A stretch of 64,000 bases of DNA from Bdellovibrionales bacterium. Lineage in GTDB: Bacteria > Bdellovibrionota > Bdellovibrionia > Bdellovibrionales > UBA1609. The DNA lies in NCBI GenBank assembly GCA_965219095.1, contig CBDCMT010000001.1:1088001-1152000 (forward strand). The letters run 5' to 3'. Shown here one piece after another: positions 20,356 through 31,400 of the stretch. The notes below the pieces were generated by a model. It ran no database searches and was not told the origin of the DNA. It saw only the letters and a list, made by a program, of their open reading frames with translations. A program made the translations under genes and the position numbers. How positions within the stretch are numbered: the stretch's first letter is position 1; every line of letters starts with the position of its first letter.

Positions 20356-21451
20356 TGTAATAGACGTTATATGATCTGACAGTTACCCTTTCTGGGTTGA
20401 TAAAAAACTGTCTGTCAGTTTTCGTTCTGTTCAATCATCTTTTGCCTTACTTTTTGTTTTCCGTCAAGGAAAGTTTCCATAGGTGTTCGACCACAACACA
20501 TTTTTCCCTGATGAGTTCTCCTTTCATTATATTTTACAAGCCACAAGTCAAGGTCAGACTGCAACTCTTCTATGCTTTTGTACACTTTTTTTCTAAACTC
20601 CACTTGATAAAACTCCTCTAAAATTGTTCTATGAAATCTTTCACAGATGCCATTGGTTTGAGGATGTCTTGCCTTTGTTTTTGTGTGTTCTATATTGTTG
20701 ATAGCCAAATAAAGCTCATAATCGTGACGATCTTGAACTCCACAGAACTCTGTACCCCTATTTGTTAACATACGAAGCAGGGACACATCATGGTCTTCAA
20801 AGAAAGGGAACACTCTATCATTGAGAAGGTCAGCTGCTGTGATAGGTGTTTTCGTTTTATAGAGCTTACAGAAAGCAACTTTTGAGTAAGTGTCCACAAA
20901 GGTTTGTTGATAAAGACGTCCTACACCTTTCATAGTTCCCACATAAAAAGTGTCCTGTGAGCCTAAATAACCAGGATGAGCTGTCTCTACCTCTCCGCAC
21001 TCTAAATCCTCTTGTTTCTTCTTCTCTAGGGCTTGTAACTGCTCCTCTGTGAAAACCAAGCCTTCCTCTGCAGACTTCTTTTCTAAAGCTTTCAAACGCT
21101 TTTTGAAAGTCTCTAAATTATTTCTTAGCCAGACCCCTCTAACTCCTGCAGGAGAAATAAAAATTCCTTTTTTCCTTAACTCATTGGACGCTCTCAACTG
21201 TCCATAGGCAGGAAGTTCTATAGCGATCCTTAAACAAGCCTCTTCTGTCGTTTGATCAACTCTGTTTTTTAAATTAGGCTTTCTACGACTTTGCTCTCTT
21301 AATGATTCTAAACCTCCTTCCTCTTTGAGTGTCTTGTAACGATAAAATGTATCTCTTGAAAAGCCCATCACCTTACAAGCTTGAGATACATTGCCTAACT
21401 CTTCTGCTAATTGCAAAAGACCTACTTTTGATTTTATAATTCTTTCTTTTA
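20356..21451 (-). mobile_element. IS481 copy 1 (CDS 20415-21458); left end lost, second catalytic Asp mutated
   Basis: Right end TGTAATAGAC...; near-identical to 49492-50535 but LTNRG instead of LTDRG. Confidence 0.9.
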
Positions 21452-21511
21452 CCTCCATTTTATGGAGACTTTAAGAGAAAATTGACTGTCCGCAGAAACA
21501 GGGGAAGTTCA
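21452..21511 (-). mobile_element. IS3-family-like terminal remnant
   Basis: Minus strand reads TGAACTTCCCC...GGACAGT, similar to the arms at 48352-48395. Confidence 0.5.
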
Positions 21512-22477
21512 ATTCCCTAAAGGTATGAGTGGTCCTCTTCAGTATGGTGTAGGCATTAGAGCTTCCATCATCAATTTCATTATAGTTCAGATGCTGTCTT
21601 TTCAACGTGTTGGGGAACATTACATGGGGCTTATAGGTCGAATGATTTCTCCTGCAGTTATGTTGAGATACATTGCTGAATTAGGAGAGTTTCTTAAAAG
21701 TTGGGAAGAGCAGATGAAAGAAAAGATACTTGAATCAGAGGTCATTCATGTTGATGAGACCTCTATGAGGGTTAAGGGTAAAAACTACTGGATTCATACT
21801 TATAGTTCAGGAGAATTAGTCTTGCAGTTTCTACACCTTTCAGGTGGAAGGGAAGCCATAAAAGATATTGGTCTCTTGGATAGATATACAGGAGTGCTTG
21901 TGCATGATTGTTGGAGTCCTTACTTTTGTTATGATAAGATAACTCATGCTTTGTGTGTGGCTCACCTTTTGAGAGAGCTTAAATTTATAGAAGAAAGCAA
22001 TGGATTCAAATGGGCTACAAATCTCAAAAAACTTCTTAAAGAGACTGTGGAGTTAGTTCATAAAAAAGAGTCAAGAGTTCTGACTCAAAAAGAGTACGAA
22101 ACTCTTCAGAGAAGGTATAGGAGTATTCTTACAAAAGGCTTAAAAGAGCTTCCAGAATTTCCTAAGAAAAATGGCAAGAAAGGACGAATAAAGCATACAC
22201 AAGCTCAAAACCTTTGGCTGCGATTTAAAAAGTATGAAGCAGAAATACTGTGCTTTGCTAAAAGAAAGAACGTAGATCCTACTAATAACAGAGCTGAAAG
22301 AGATCTAAGAATGACTAAAGTGAAAAAGAAAGTGTCAGGGTGTTTCAGAACAGAAGAAATGGCGAAATATTTTTGTCGCATTACCAGCTATGTTAAAACA
22401 ATGAGAAATAAAGGGTATTCTTCTTTAGAAGCCATCTCTATGGCTTTAAATAAAAACTTACGAGAGTGAGCAGTTAC
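21512..22477 (+). mobile_element. IS66 5'-truncated copy (transposase C-terminal 314 aa, 21525-22469)
   Basis: HVDET, LVHD, HALCVAHLLREL, PTNNRAERDLR; right end GAGCAGTTAC. Confidence 0.92.
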
Positions 22478-22628
22478 AATTAAACATCTTAGACCTCCTT
22501 GTATGTTTTTTGCAACTCTCAAGGTGTTTTTCCTTGTAAGTTGCTTCTTCAAGAAAATCTTACAAAGGTCTGAGGTGTTTGTTGATATCAGCTAGCCTTT
22601 AGCCCTGAAAAAAGTCGAAACTCGGGTT
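22478..22628 (-). mobile_element. IS982 left-end remnant
   Basis: AAAAGTCGAAACTCGGGT IR; reverse-complement similarity to 24761-24862. Confidence 0.75.
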
Positions 22629-22650
22629 ATTATATCTTATATCACAGCAT

Positions 22651-22699
22651 TGGAAAACTGACAGAACCTCCGGGAATCCACAGATTCTTTTGAAGAGGC
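22651..22699. mobile_element. Solo ISL3 right-end remnant
   Basis: Reverse complement of 57645-57693. Similar solo ends occur at about 9403, 32903 and 46210. Confidence 0.8.
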
Positions 22700-22721
22700 A
22701 AAAACTTTAGTTGTGCTCTCT

Positions 22722-22760
22722 AAAAAGAGAGGCTGAAACCAAATTCCAGCCTCTCTTTTT
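22722..22760 (-). terminator. Rho-independent terminator
   Basis: AAAAAGAGAGGCTG...CAGCCTCTCTTTTT just downstream of the 22782 stop. Confidence 0.75.
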
Positions 22761-22781
22761 AAGTGTGATAGTTGTGTTGTT

Positions 22782-23624
22782 TTAATCTTCCCAAGAGTTA
22801 ACACCATAAACATCAGAGGTTTGACCATTGTCATTTGTAAATTGAACAATATAAGTACCCCTAAAAACAGAAATAAAAGTCTCTTTCTTTTCTATATCAT
22901 AAGTGTGACTAACAGCATGTCGTCCCTTTGAAAACCAGAAAAAACTAGAGTTTTCACCATCAAAAGAAAAATATGGAACTTCATAACTTCCATCTTCATT
23001 AAATCTTATCATTTTAGCATATTCATCAAGGTTTTTTGATGCGTTATATTTACACATAGTTTTTGTATCAGGACTGTAATTCCCATATAAATTACACCAT
23101 CTAATACTGCTTTTATTATAAGAATTTATATAAATATCTCTGATTATCAAATCTTGCATTTTCTTGTTAGTAAGATCCAAATAAAGAGAGTATTTTTGAC
23201 CTTGAGAATTGATCTTAATTGTGTCAAGATCGATATCAATTAGAGTTTCTTCTTTCACTTCAATAAATTGCCTTGTGGTACTATAAATTAAGGCATAAAG
23301 CCCTTTTTTAAGAGACACCTCTTTGTTTAATTCTTTTTTTGTTAAGTAATGGCAACTATATTTTTTGGGAACCTCGAGAGTTCCTTCACAGGCAAAGATA
23401 CCATATTCAGAATCTTGCCCTTCTCCTGGAACGCCATTAACCCTTAAAATCCCTTCTGTATTTTTAGGAGGAGTTACTGCTAAGGGTGAAGCCTCCAGAG
23501 AGTGATGTGATTGTTCTAGTGAAGCTTGTAAAGTTAAGCTCTGAACTTCTCCTTCCACGACGTCTCCATAAGAAAGTCCTCCTAAAGACATCAAAAATAA
23601 AAATGTTAGTATTAGTTTTTTCAT
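22782..23624 (-). CDS. Secreted hypothetical protein
   Basis: Signal peptide MKKLILTFLFLMSLGGLSYG; RBS GGAGG; own terminator. Confidence 0.8.
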   Translation of the reverse strand: MKKLILTFLFLMSLGGLSYGDVVEGEVQSLTLQASLEQSHHSLEASPLAVTPPKNTEGILRVNGVPGEGQDSEYGIFACEGTLEVPKKYSCHYLTKKELNKEVSLKKGLYALIYSTTRQFIEVKEETLIDIDLDTIKINSQGQKYSLYLDLTNKKMQDLIIRDIYINSYNKSSIRWCNLYGNYSPDTKTMCKYNASKNLDEYAKMIRFNEDGSYEVPYFSFDGENSSFFWFSKGRHAVSHTYDIEKKETFISVFRGTYIVQFTNDNGQTSDVYGVNSWED

Positions 23625-23878
23625 AACGTAAAATCCCTCCTTTTCTAATGTTTTTTCGTTATTTTGTTTCTTAAGTCCTATTTTCTAACCTACATAATAA
23701 AGGAAAAGACTCTTATCCTTTGTTAAAAGCATACCTTGTATGAAAAAAAAAAGAAGAGATAACTTTTTGCGTTATGATTCTTATTTCGGGGTGGTAAAGG
23801 GTTTTAAGCTAAAGTTTAAAAAATACAGTTAAACAAAGACTATTTATTTTTCTACTTTTTTAAATCTTAAAGTTAATA

Positions 23879-25761
23879 ACCCGAGTTTCGACTTTTTTCC
23901 TGACTTCGACACAACACACTGCAATAAGTGAATAATTTCAAATAGTTACAATTTTTGGGGCCACAGGAAAGGGTAACTGTCAGATCATATAACGTCTATT
24001 ACAGTTAAACAAAGACAAGGTGTTCTCAGATACCTTTTTCTTCGAGGTCTCAATAAAAGGATAAAAACGATCCATAGCCCTATAAACTTTCTCTAAAGGA
24101 ATCTGTCGGTTAAAATCTTCAAAAAGTGTTTCTACACTACCTCTTTTTGATTCTGGATTAAAAACTCTTGATAAAACACAGTGCTTTAAAATATCATTCC
24201 ACTCTAAATCTTTCTTTGTACCCTCAATCAAATTTACAAAACCTAACTCAGCATAAAGCTCATTAAAAACTTTCTCAATACCACAAACAACACGCTTTTT
24301 CTCCTCTAAAATACTGCCTGAAAACTGGAAATCTTTCTCACTCTTTTTTTTCTTCTCTTTCTTCTTCTCCTTAGGCCTTCTACCATAAACTAGCTTCTCA
24401 CAACCTGGAAGCACAGGATTTCTTTGATTCTTAATGTCTATGATCAACTCTTCTGCTAACTTCTTAGCTTTTTTAACTTCCTTATCGTTTGCAAAAATAC
24501 CCATAGAACGAATGGTCTTTTGTACGCACTTCCCCTTAAGCCAAACAGACTCTACAATCCGTACACTTTTTTTACCTTTAGACTTTGATGTTACTTTTAC
24601 AAACATTCTTTAAAAAGGCTAAACAACTTTTGCAAACTTGTAAAATGGACCGGGGCCACAGAAACAACCTAAAACCTGTGTATAACTCCTTCAACTAAAA
24701 GCTAGAACCAAAAGAACGGAAATATTTTTTTTTAACTCACTGTGTTGTGTCGAAGTCAGGACTTTTTTCAGGTCTAAAGGCTAGCTGATATAAACAAACA
24801 TCTCAGTTCTTTGATAAGATGTCTTGAAGAAGCAACTTACAAGGAGGTCTAAGATGTTTAATTCTAATTCTAATTATATCATATCAATTTATGTTCTTGT
24901 CGATGATTTTTTAACCCCTCTCATACAGCAGCATCCAGAACTAGTTTGCTAAAAATAAAAGAGGTTTTTCTTGTGCTATGTCTTCCAGCGAAATTATCAC
25001 TCTTTGCTTACTTTTCCAAAGTTCTGTCTTTAGGAATTTTAAAGCCTTTTATCAGTTTGCAGAAGTCTATCTTAAACCTTATTTTCCTAAAATGTTGTCT
25101 TACTCCCGATTTGTGAACATAAAAAAAGACATGGCTTTTTTGATGTTTCTTTTCTCGACAAGCCTTATGAGTAAAACCACCGGCATATCATTTATTGATT
25201 CCACATCGATTTTTCTTCAAAAATAAAAGAATAGGACGAAATAAGGTGTTTCAAAAGTTAGCTAAAAAAAGGTAAAAGGAGTCACAGGCTGGTTCTTCGG
25301 ATTTAAACTCCATATTGTTATCAATCACCTAGGAGAGCTTTTAAGTTTTACCTTAACTCCGGGAAATGTAGATGATCGAAAGCTGAGTTATGGATTTATA
25401 GTAAAGGGCTGGTGGGGAAACTCTTTGGAGACAAAGGTTATATTTCATCAGACCTTTTCAAAAAGCTTTTAAAAAAGGGAGTTAAGCTTATTACAAACGT
25501 CAAATTAAATATGGAGAATAAATTGATTCCCTTATTTGACAAGTTGATGTTGAAAAAACGTTCTGTTGTGGAGGTCAGTGATTGGAGTGTTAAAAGGAGA
25601 GTTTCATCTTGAGCATTCTCGCCATCGTAGCCCACAAAACTTTGTCATCAATCTTTTAGGTACTCTCATCTCCTATTGTTTAAAACCTAAAAAACCCTCC
25701 ATTCAACTTAAAACTCAAGAACAGGGGCCTCTGAGCAATATATAAAAGTCGAAACTCGGGT
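23879..25761 (+). mobile_element. IS982-family element, frameshifted, with an IS1634 remnant inserted in its left end
   Basis: 18-bp perfect IRs ACCCGAGTTTCGACTTTT; fragments SFIDST, GWFFGFKLH and GKLFGDKGYIS in different frames. Confidence 0.88.
23899..24760 (-). mobile_element. IS1634-family element, internally deleted (transposase N-terminus 24004-24606) and carrying an IS481 end at 23967-24003
   Basis: IRs CCTGACTTCGACACAACAC; 8-bp TSD ACTTTTTT. Confidence 0.85.
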
Positions 25762-26225
25762 TATAAATTAAATTGCGTAACTGATTTTTTTCATTTTACA
25801 TCTTAACCTCACTTTTTTACACTTATTTTAACCCATCAATCGATTCACACAACAATAGATATACATAAAATAAACATATCTTATGAAAACTCAACCTCCC
25901 TTCAAAAAAAACTTTTTTAAAGCCTCCTAATTGAAACTTTTCCTTAAGTCAATTTTAAAATTTTAAATTTGAACATAAAAATGTCGAATTAATTTCTGTA
26001 ATTGGTATAAGGAGCCCTGTTCAGTGTATGACAGCAGGAAATCATCACAGGACTTTGAATCCCTTCCTATTTTAAGTTACAGGGTGTTTTTTGTTTATTT
26101 TGTCCTAAAATCCTGCTGAGTTATAACTAGTGTTCTGACCAGTAATTTTTTTCACAATTTTCAAGCCTTTAATCCAGGTCATTTTAAAAGAATCTGTGGG
26201 TTCCCGGAGGTTCTTTTGAGAAGGC
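25762..26225. mobile_element. Stack of IS remnants: IS630-A right end, ISL3 internal piece, IS630-B end, ISL3 hairpin
   Basis: 25763-26007 matches 5016-5260; about 26014-26103 matches the reverse complement of 58663-58752; 26127-26185 matches 6004-6062; hairpin at 26186-26225. Confidence 0.85.
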
Positions 26226-26377
26226 CAAAAATTTTATAAAAAATATAGTAAAAAAGTTAGTTGAACTTTTTTAATTGTCTTACTGTATAAAAAATGATAA
26301 TAATGATGAAAAAATAATTGCGCTGGGTGTTTCAGTTAGTTTCAGAGGATAAATACGATTTTAAGGAATACAATTTT

Positions 26378-27470
26378 ATGAACTTTAAAACCTTCTTGTT
26401 TGCTTTAAGCTTTTCAGTTTTTTTCTCATTCTCGCAGTCCACTTTTTCACAAACTCATGTGAGTTCAGACCAACTCACCGAAGCTATCAAAGAAGCTCGC
26501 CTCACAAATCCAGAACTTCGGTACATCAAAAACTTAGCTAAAAGAATGGGAGTCCGGGTCTGGCTTTTGGGAGGATCAGCCTCCAGCTTAGCTTACTATG
26601 TGAAAAAGGATCTAGAACGAAAGGAAAATGAGAACAAGGGCTGGTTTAAACCCCAAAAAGAACATTTCGATTACGACTACACAAAGATCTTTTTTCCCAC
26701 TCAGGATATAGATTTAGTCGTAGAAGGGGGGTCAGAGGAAAAAGTCTCAAGGCTAGAAGAAGAAATCTCTAAAAAGTTTCCCTACTTTCAAGGAAATAGC
26801 AATAAAAGTGCTTGGGAGGTAAGGCCTTTAAGAGAATCAAGAGGTCCAAAGGCACCTTTATTGGAAGGAGATGTATTAAAACAGCATACCGATTCTTATT
26901 CTGTGATGATGATAGAACTGAGCGAATCTAAAGATCCTGTAGTAAGAAGCATCAAGGAGTGGGATTCCAGAAACCCTTCCCTTTTAGAAGATCTTCTAAA
27001 AGGAGAAATAAGCTATTATGATTCAAAAAATCATAAAGAAACTCAAAGGTACAACGAGGGTATGAATCCTGAGATCTTTTCAGTCATCCGTTATTTGATT
27101 AAAATGTTTCAGTATGAACTAAAGCCTAAAAAAGAAGATTTAGAAAGGATTAAAGAAATTATAAATGAATTTTCAGCTTCAGAATTAAAAACAGGTTATG
27201 CGAAGTTCTGGTGGGAGATGAATGTAAGAAAATTATTTATGCAAAATTCTGATCTAGAGAGAACTTGGAGAGTGCTTGATGAATTAGGTTTAAAAGAAAA
27301 GCTCATAAGCCTGGGAGGAAATAAATGGGAAAAAGGAAGTCTTACTTTTTGGCTTCATAAAGAACCTTTAAGAACTAAGAAAATAGGAGAAGGAGAAGGA
27401 AGGACAGCTAAGGATCTGGGAATAGAGATCGTATCTCATGAAACAAGTGATTTCGAAGCTTATGAAATTA
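26378..27470 (+). pseudogene. Signal-peptide protein with a nucleotidyltransferase-like domain, 3' truncated
   Basis: Signal peptide MNFKTFLFALSFSVFFSFSQSTFS; VWLLGGS...QDIDLVV motif. The last 18 codons of the called ORF come from the hairpin element. Confidence 0.6.
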
Positions 27471-27518
27471 GCCTCCTCAAAAGAATCTGTGGGTTCCCGG
27501 AGGTTCTTTTGAGGAGGC
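27471..27518. repeat. 48-bp ISL3-end-derived fold-back mini-element
   Basis: Identical to 3744-3791. Confidence 0.85.
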
Positions 27519-28139
27519 AAATTTAATTGCTTGCTGATCTCTCGCAAAAGATGCACCCCCCCAACACCTACAGAACTTATAGGATGTTTGTTCAACTTGG
27601 CTTCAAGCTTCCCCGTAGATTGATTCTTCTTGCCCAAATAAACTCTTCTCTGACGAGATTGTTTTTTTTCTTTGTCCCAGTAACTGCTTATCTCATACAC
27701 ATAGATGCTTCCATTTCTTTTCTCTTCATACCTATAAGACATAGTTCAAATTGAACTATGTTTTAGGGGCTTTGTCAACTCCCTGTTGATGACTCAAAAC
27801 TCTTAACGACAGGATCAAATTTCAATCCAAAAACAGAGCCTATGAAAAACATAGCTTTAAAAAGACCTATAAAAATAGTGTGTTATAAGTTCTCCAGAAA
27901 AACTCAATGAGACTAAATTAACTCGTTCTTATGATTTATCAGGAGTATTCTGTTGAAAAAAAACAGGCTCTTAGTCCTGAAACCTAGTATCAAAATTAAC
28001 AGATTTCAGGAAGCATAGGCAAGAGTATTTATCTCTAAAAATTCTATAAAATCCTACTTTTTACAAGGGGGAATAAGAAATTTTCCAGATTCTGAGCAGA
28101 ACTTAAATCCTAGTGTATATTTTTTGTCGGGAATTTAGG
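27519..28139 (-). mobile_element. IS1634/IS4-like remnant (transposase N-terminus 27519-27742 plus end)
   Basis: YVYEISSYWDKEKKQSRQRRVYLGK N-terminal motif; candidate terminus CCTAAATTCCCGAC on the minus strand. Confidence 0.65.
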
Positions 28140-28231
28140 TCATTAGTATTTAAGAATCAAGGCAAAATACTTTCGTTGTTGCTTAATGGAAGTTCGATAC
28201 ATCCAAAGTACTGAAACGACTATTTTATCTT

Positions 28232-28349
28232 TAAAAAAAGATTTCTGACACTACAAACTTACTTTCTGGAAAAATGCCCTCCACTTCTATTTTAAACATA
28301 GCTTACGTACTTTTATGTAGTATTAGTAGTAGAAAACGCTGAAGTCGGG
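28232..28349. mobile_element. IS1634-type solo end
   Basis: Diverged copy of 34952-35067 (GACACTACAAA...GCTGAAGTCGGG). Confidence 0.65.
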
Positions 28350-28489
28350 TTTAAACTGAGTTTTTTTTATGATTTTTAGTGGGAAAATTGTAGTACCAGT
28401 TTTTTAATCACTCTGTGCAAGAATTTGCTTCCCATGCAGACTTTTTTAAGTGAACGAACTATCATAGGAAAGCTTTTTTGAAGATACTG

Positions 28490-31400
28490 CTAAAAAATTT
28501 TGTTACAGACTCCTCCTCCTACACCATTTATAATATTATTAATTTTTTCTTCATTGAGCGCACCTTCCTTTAAAAGAGCTTGAGTAAAAGCTTCTACTGT
28601 TTCCTTTTTTTCATCTAAAATTTTATTAGCTACTTCTTCCGCCTCTTGAAATATTTCTGATCGAAAGTTCTTAAAATTCTTTTTCTTTCTCCATGAAGAG
28701 TTCCCTGCAGCACCAGACTCATAGAATTTCTTTGTGACCTTTTGAGCTTTTTCGTAATCATTAGACATTCCTGTATCATAAGGATAACCAGCTCTCTTTT
28801 GGCTGATTCCTCCAGCTAAAAGTTGAGCTACTAGTATGACAAGAGCCTCTCTATCAAGATTTAATTTAGGAATAGAAGAGTTTTCCTCTTCATATCGTGC
28901 ATAACCTGCAACATCACCTCCAGGAATGATAGTAAGATAAACTAATTTTTGGCCTGTTATGTGGGGATCATTGAGAACAGCATGCCCTGCTTCATGATAA
29001 GCTACTATTTTAGCCTCTTTTTTTCCGAGTAGTATCTTCTTTGTAGCATTCTGAGTTACGTCTAATGTTTCTTGGAAAAGCTTTGTGTTTTTAGAAGAAA
29101 CTTCTGCTGTAAAACTTACTTTTCTTTTAAAGTCTTTACCTTCGACATAAAAGGTTTTAGGAAGATTATCTTCCAAAGATAAGGTGATTGTAATAGAATC
29201 ATTTTGTTTATTTTCCTGGGTTAATCTAAATCGAGCTTGAGTAATAAGAGACTTGATTTGTTGGTCAACAACATTTTTCAAACTCCGGCCCCCTTGGCCT
29301 TGAGTAAAGAAGACTTCTGAAAAGGAATTTAAAAATTCCTTACTATAATTGATTTTGCCTCCCCATTTTTCAGTTTCTTTTTTAATAGGTTCTAAGAACT
29401 TTTCAACAATGACATTTACTTCGCTTGTTAATAAAGGCTTGTAAAGAGCAATGAGAGACATCCTGCTTAAGAAAGCTTCTGGAACCCCTGCCTCTAAGAG
29501 AAGCTTTCTTAATTGCTCTGTCTCTTTAGCCTCTTCCCAAATAGCTAAGCGCAGGTCCTCGTGGCTGACACCTTGAAAAATCTTTTCTCCATCATTTCCT
29601 GTAAAAATAAATGTATATTTTGATAGGTTATAAGTTTGATCTGTTACATTGGAAGTCCATTTTCCCTCATCGGTTAAGTTATAAAAATGTTTCATTATAG
29701 TTTCTTTTAAGTGCTTATCATAGCCTCCTGCATTAGAAGCTTCATCAAACACAATAACGCCACCAGTTGGATTGTTTCTCAGAGCTCGCTCAAAAAGACT
29801 TTCCCTATCTGAGCCTGCAAATCCTTTGGGGGAGCCAAAAATATCGTTCATTTGTCCTGTGTACGTTATGTTTGAAAGAGGTATAATGACAGCTCGCTCT
29901 TCACTTCCGTGAAAAATCTTAGCTATAACACGTGCTGTTTCTGTCTTTCCTGTACCTGTGCTTCCTAAAAGAAAGAAACTTAGAGGCTTCTTATTATTTG
30001 TGAAGCTTTTATGAGCTAAAATAGCTTGGCTTATCTTCTCAGCAAGCTCATCCTGACCTATAAGACTTTTTGTAAAGATCTCTTTAAAATGAATCAGCTT
30101 ATTTATGAATTCTTGGTTCTCAAAAACATCTTTAAATTTCTTTTTAGGAGCTGATGAAAGAATCTCATCTCCTCCTTTCTTTCTCTTAGATGAAACTTTA
30201 ACCTGACTTCCTTTTTCTAAAAGGCTGATCTGAATTACTTCCTGATCCTTTAAACTCCATTGAGAGCGAAAGTTGACGATAGCTTCTCCAATGTATTTTT
30301 CTAGATTTTTGATAACAATACGTACACCGTTTTGTGGATTAAAAACATTTTTCACAAGATATTCTATTAATTTATCATCAATCTCTAATTTTATTTTAAA
30401 AGTTTTTTCTGTATCTTTGATTATTTGATCAGCCTTTTTTCTTGCAATTCTCAATGCTAAATTTAAATCAATAGGATTAGCAATGATATAAGAATCCACT
30501 CTTTCAAGAATAAGGTTAGGGAGTTGAGCTGTGTCAAGTCCGTTAACTTTTTCCCTAAAGATATTTTTTATCATAGAGGGATTGTCTTTAAGAAGAGTTA
30601 TATGTTCATTCCACTCTCTTTCGGTCCAGTTTTTCATCCCTTTAGGAAATAAGACATTATCTCCTCGGTTGCTTGTTAAAAGAATAATGACGTTGTTCGC
30701 CTTTCTTATCTTCCCATCAGCACCTGTAATCGTTCCTGTATCGAAAAATTCCATAAATTTTTCCCAAAAATCTTTATGAGCTCTCTCTGCTTCATCTATA
30801 ATAATAATACCTCCTTTGCCTCCACGAGCTGGATCATCTAACCAATTCATAAGCTCTCCTGAAGTTTTATCAGAAGATATAACTCCCGGTGGTGCTCCCA
30901 ATAAAGCATTAAGAGAGAGGCTTCCATCTTTATATGTGTTGGCGTCAATATGCATCACTGGATTGTTTGCAGAAGGGAAAGCTAATTGAGTAAACTCTTT
31001 AGCAACCATGGTCTTTCCTACTCCTGTGGAACCTAGTAAAAGACCTACCCTGATTCTACGTTCTTTATCCTGGATGTTCTGAAGCCATAAATTAACAATA
31101 TCATTGATCATATGACTCTGACCGAGAACTTCTTCATTTAACTTCTTTTTTAAATCATCAGCATACTTTGCAAATCTTACCCCATCTCTAGGATCAGCAG
31201 GTAGATCATATCTTTTAATTAAAAAATCTGAAAAATCTTGCTTTGTAATAGAGACAGTCTTCTTATTTTCCCCTTTCCTTCTTTGAACAAAAATAGCTAA
31301 GTCCATAAGAGCTTTTATTGAAGCACTCACTCTTCCATTATCCGGAACAATAAATAGTGATTCCTCCACAACTCTCCTAATGACTTCATTGTCTTCGAAT

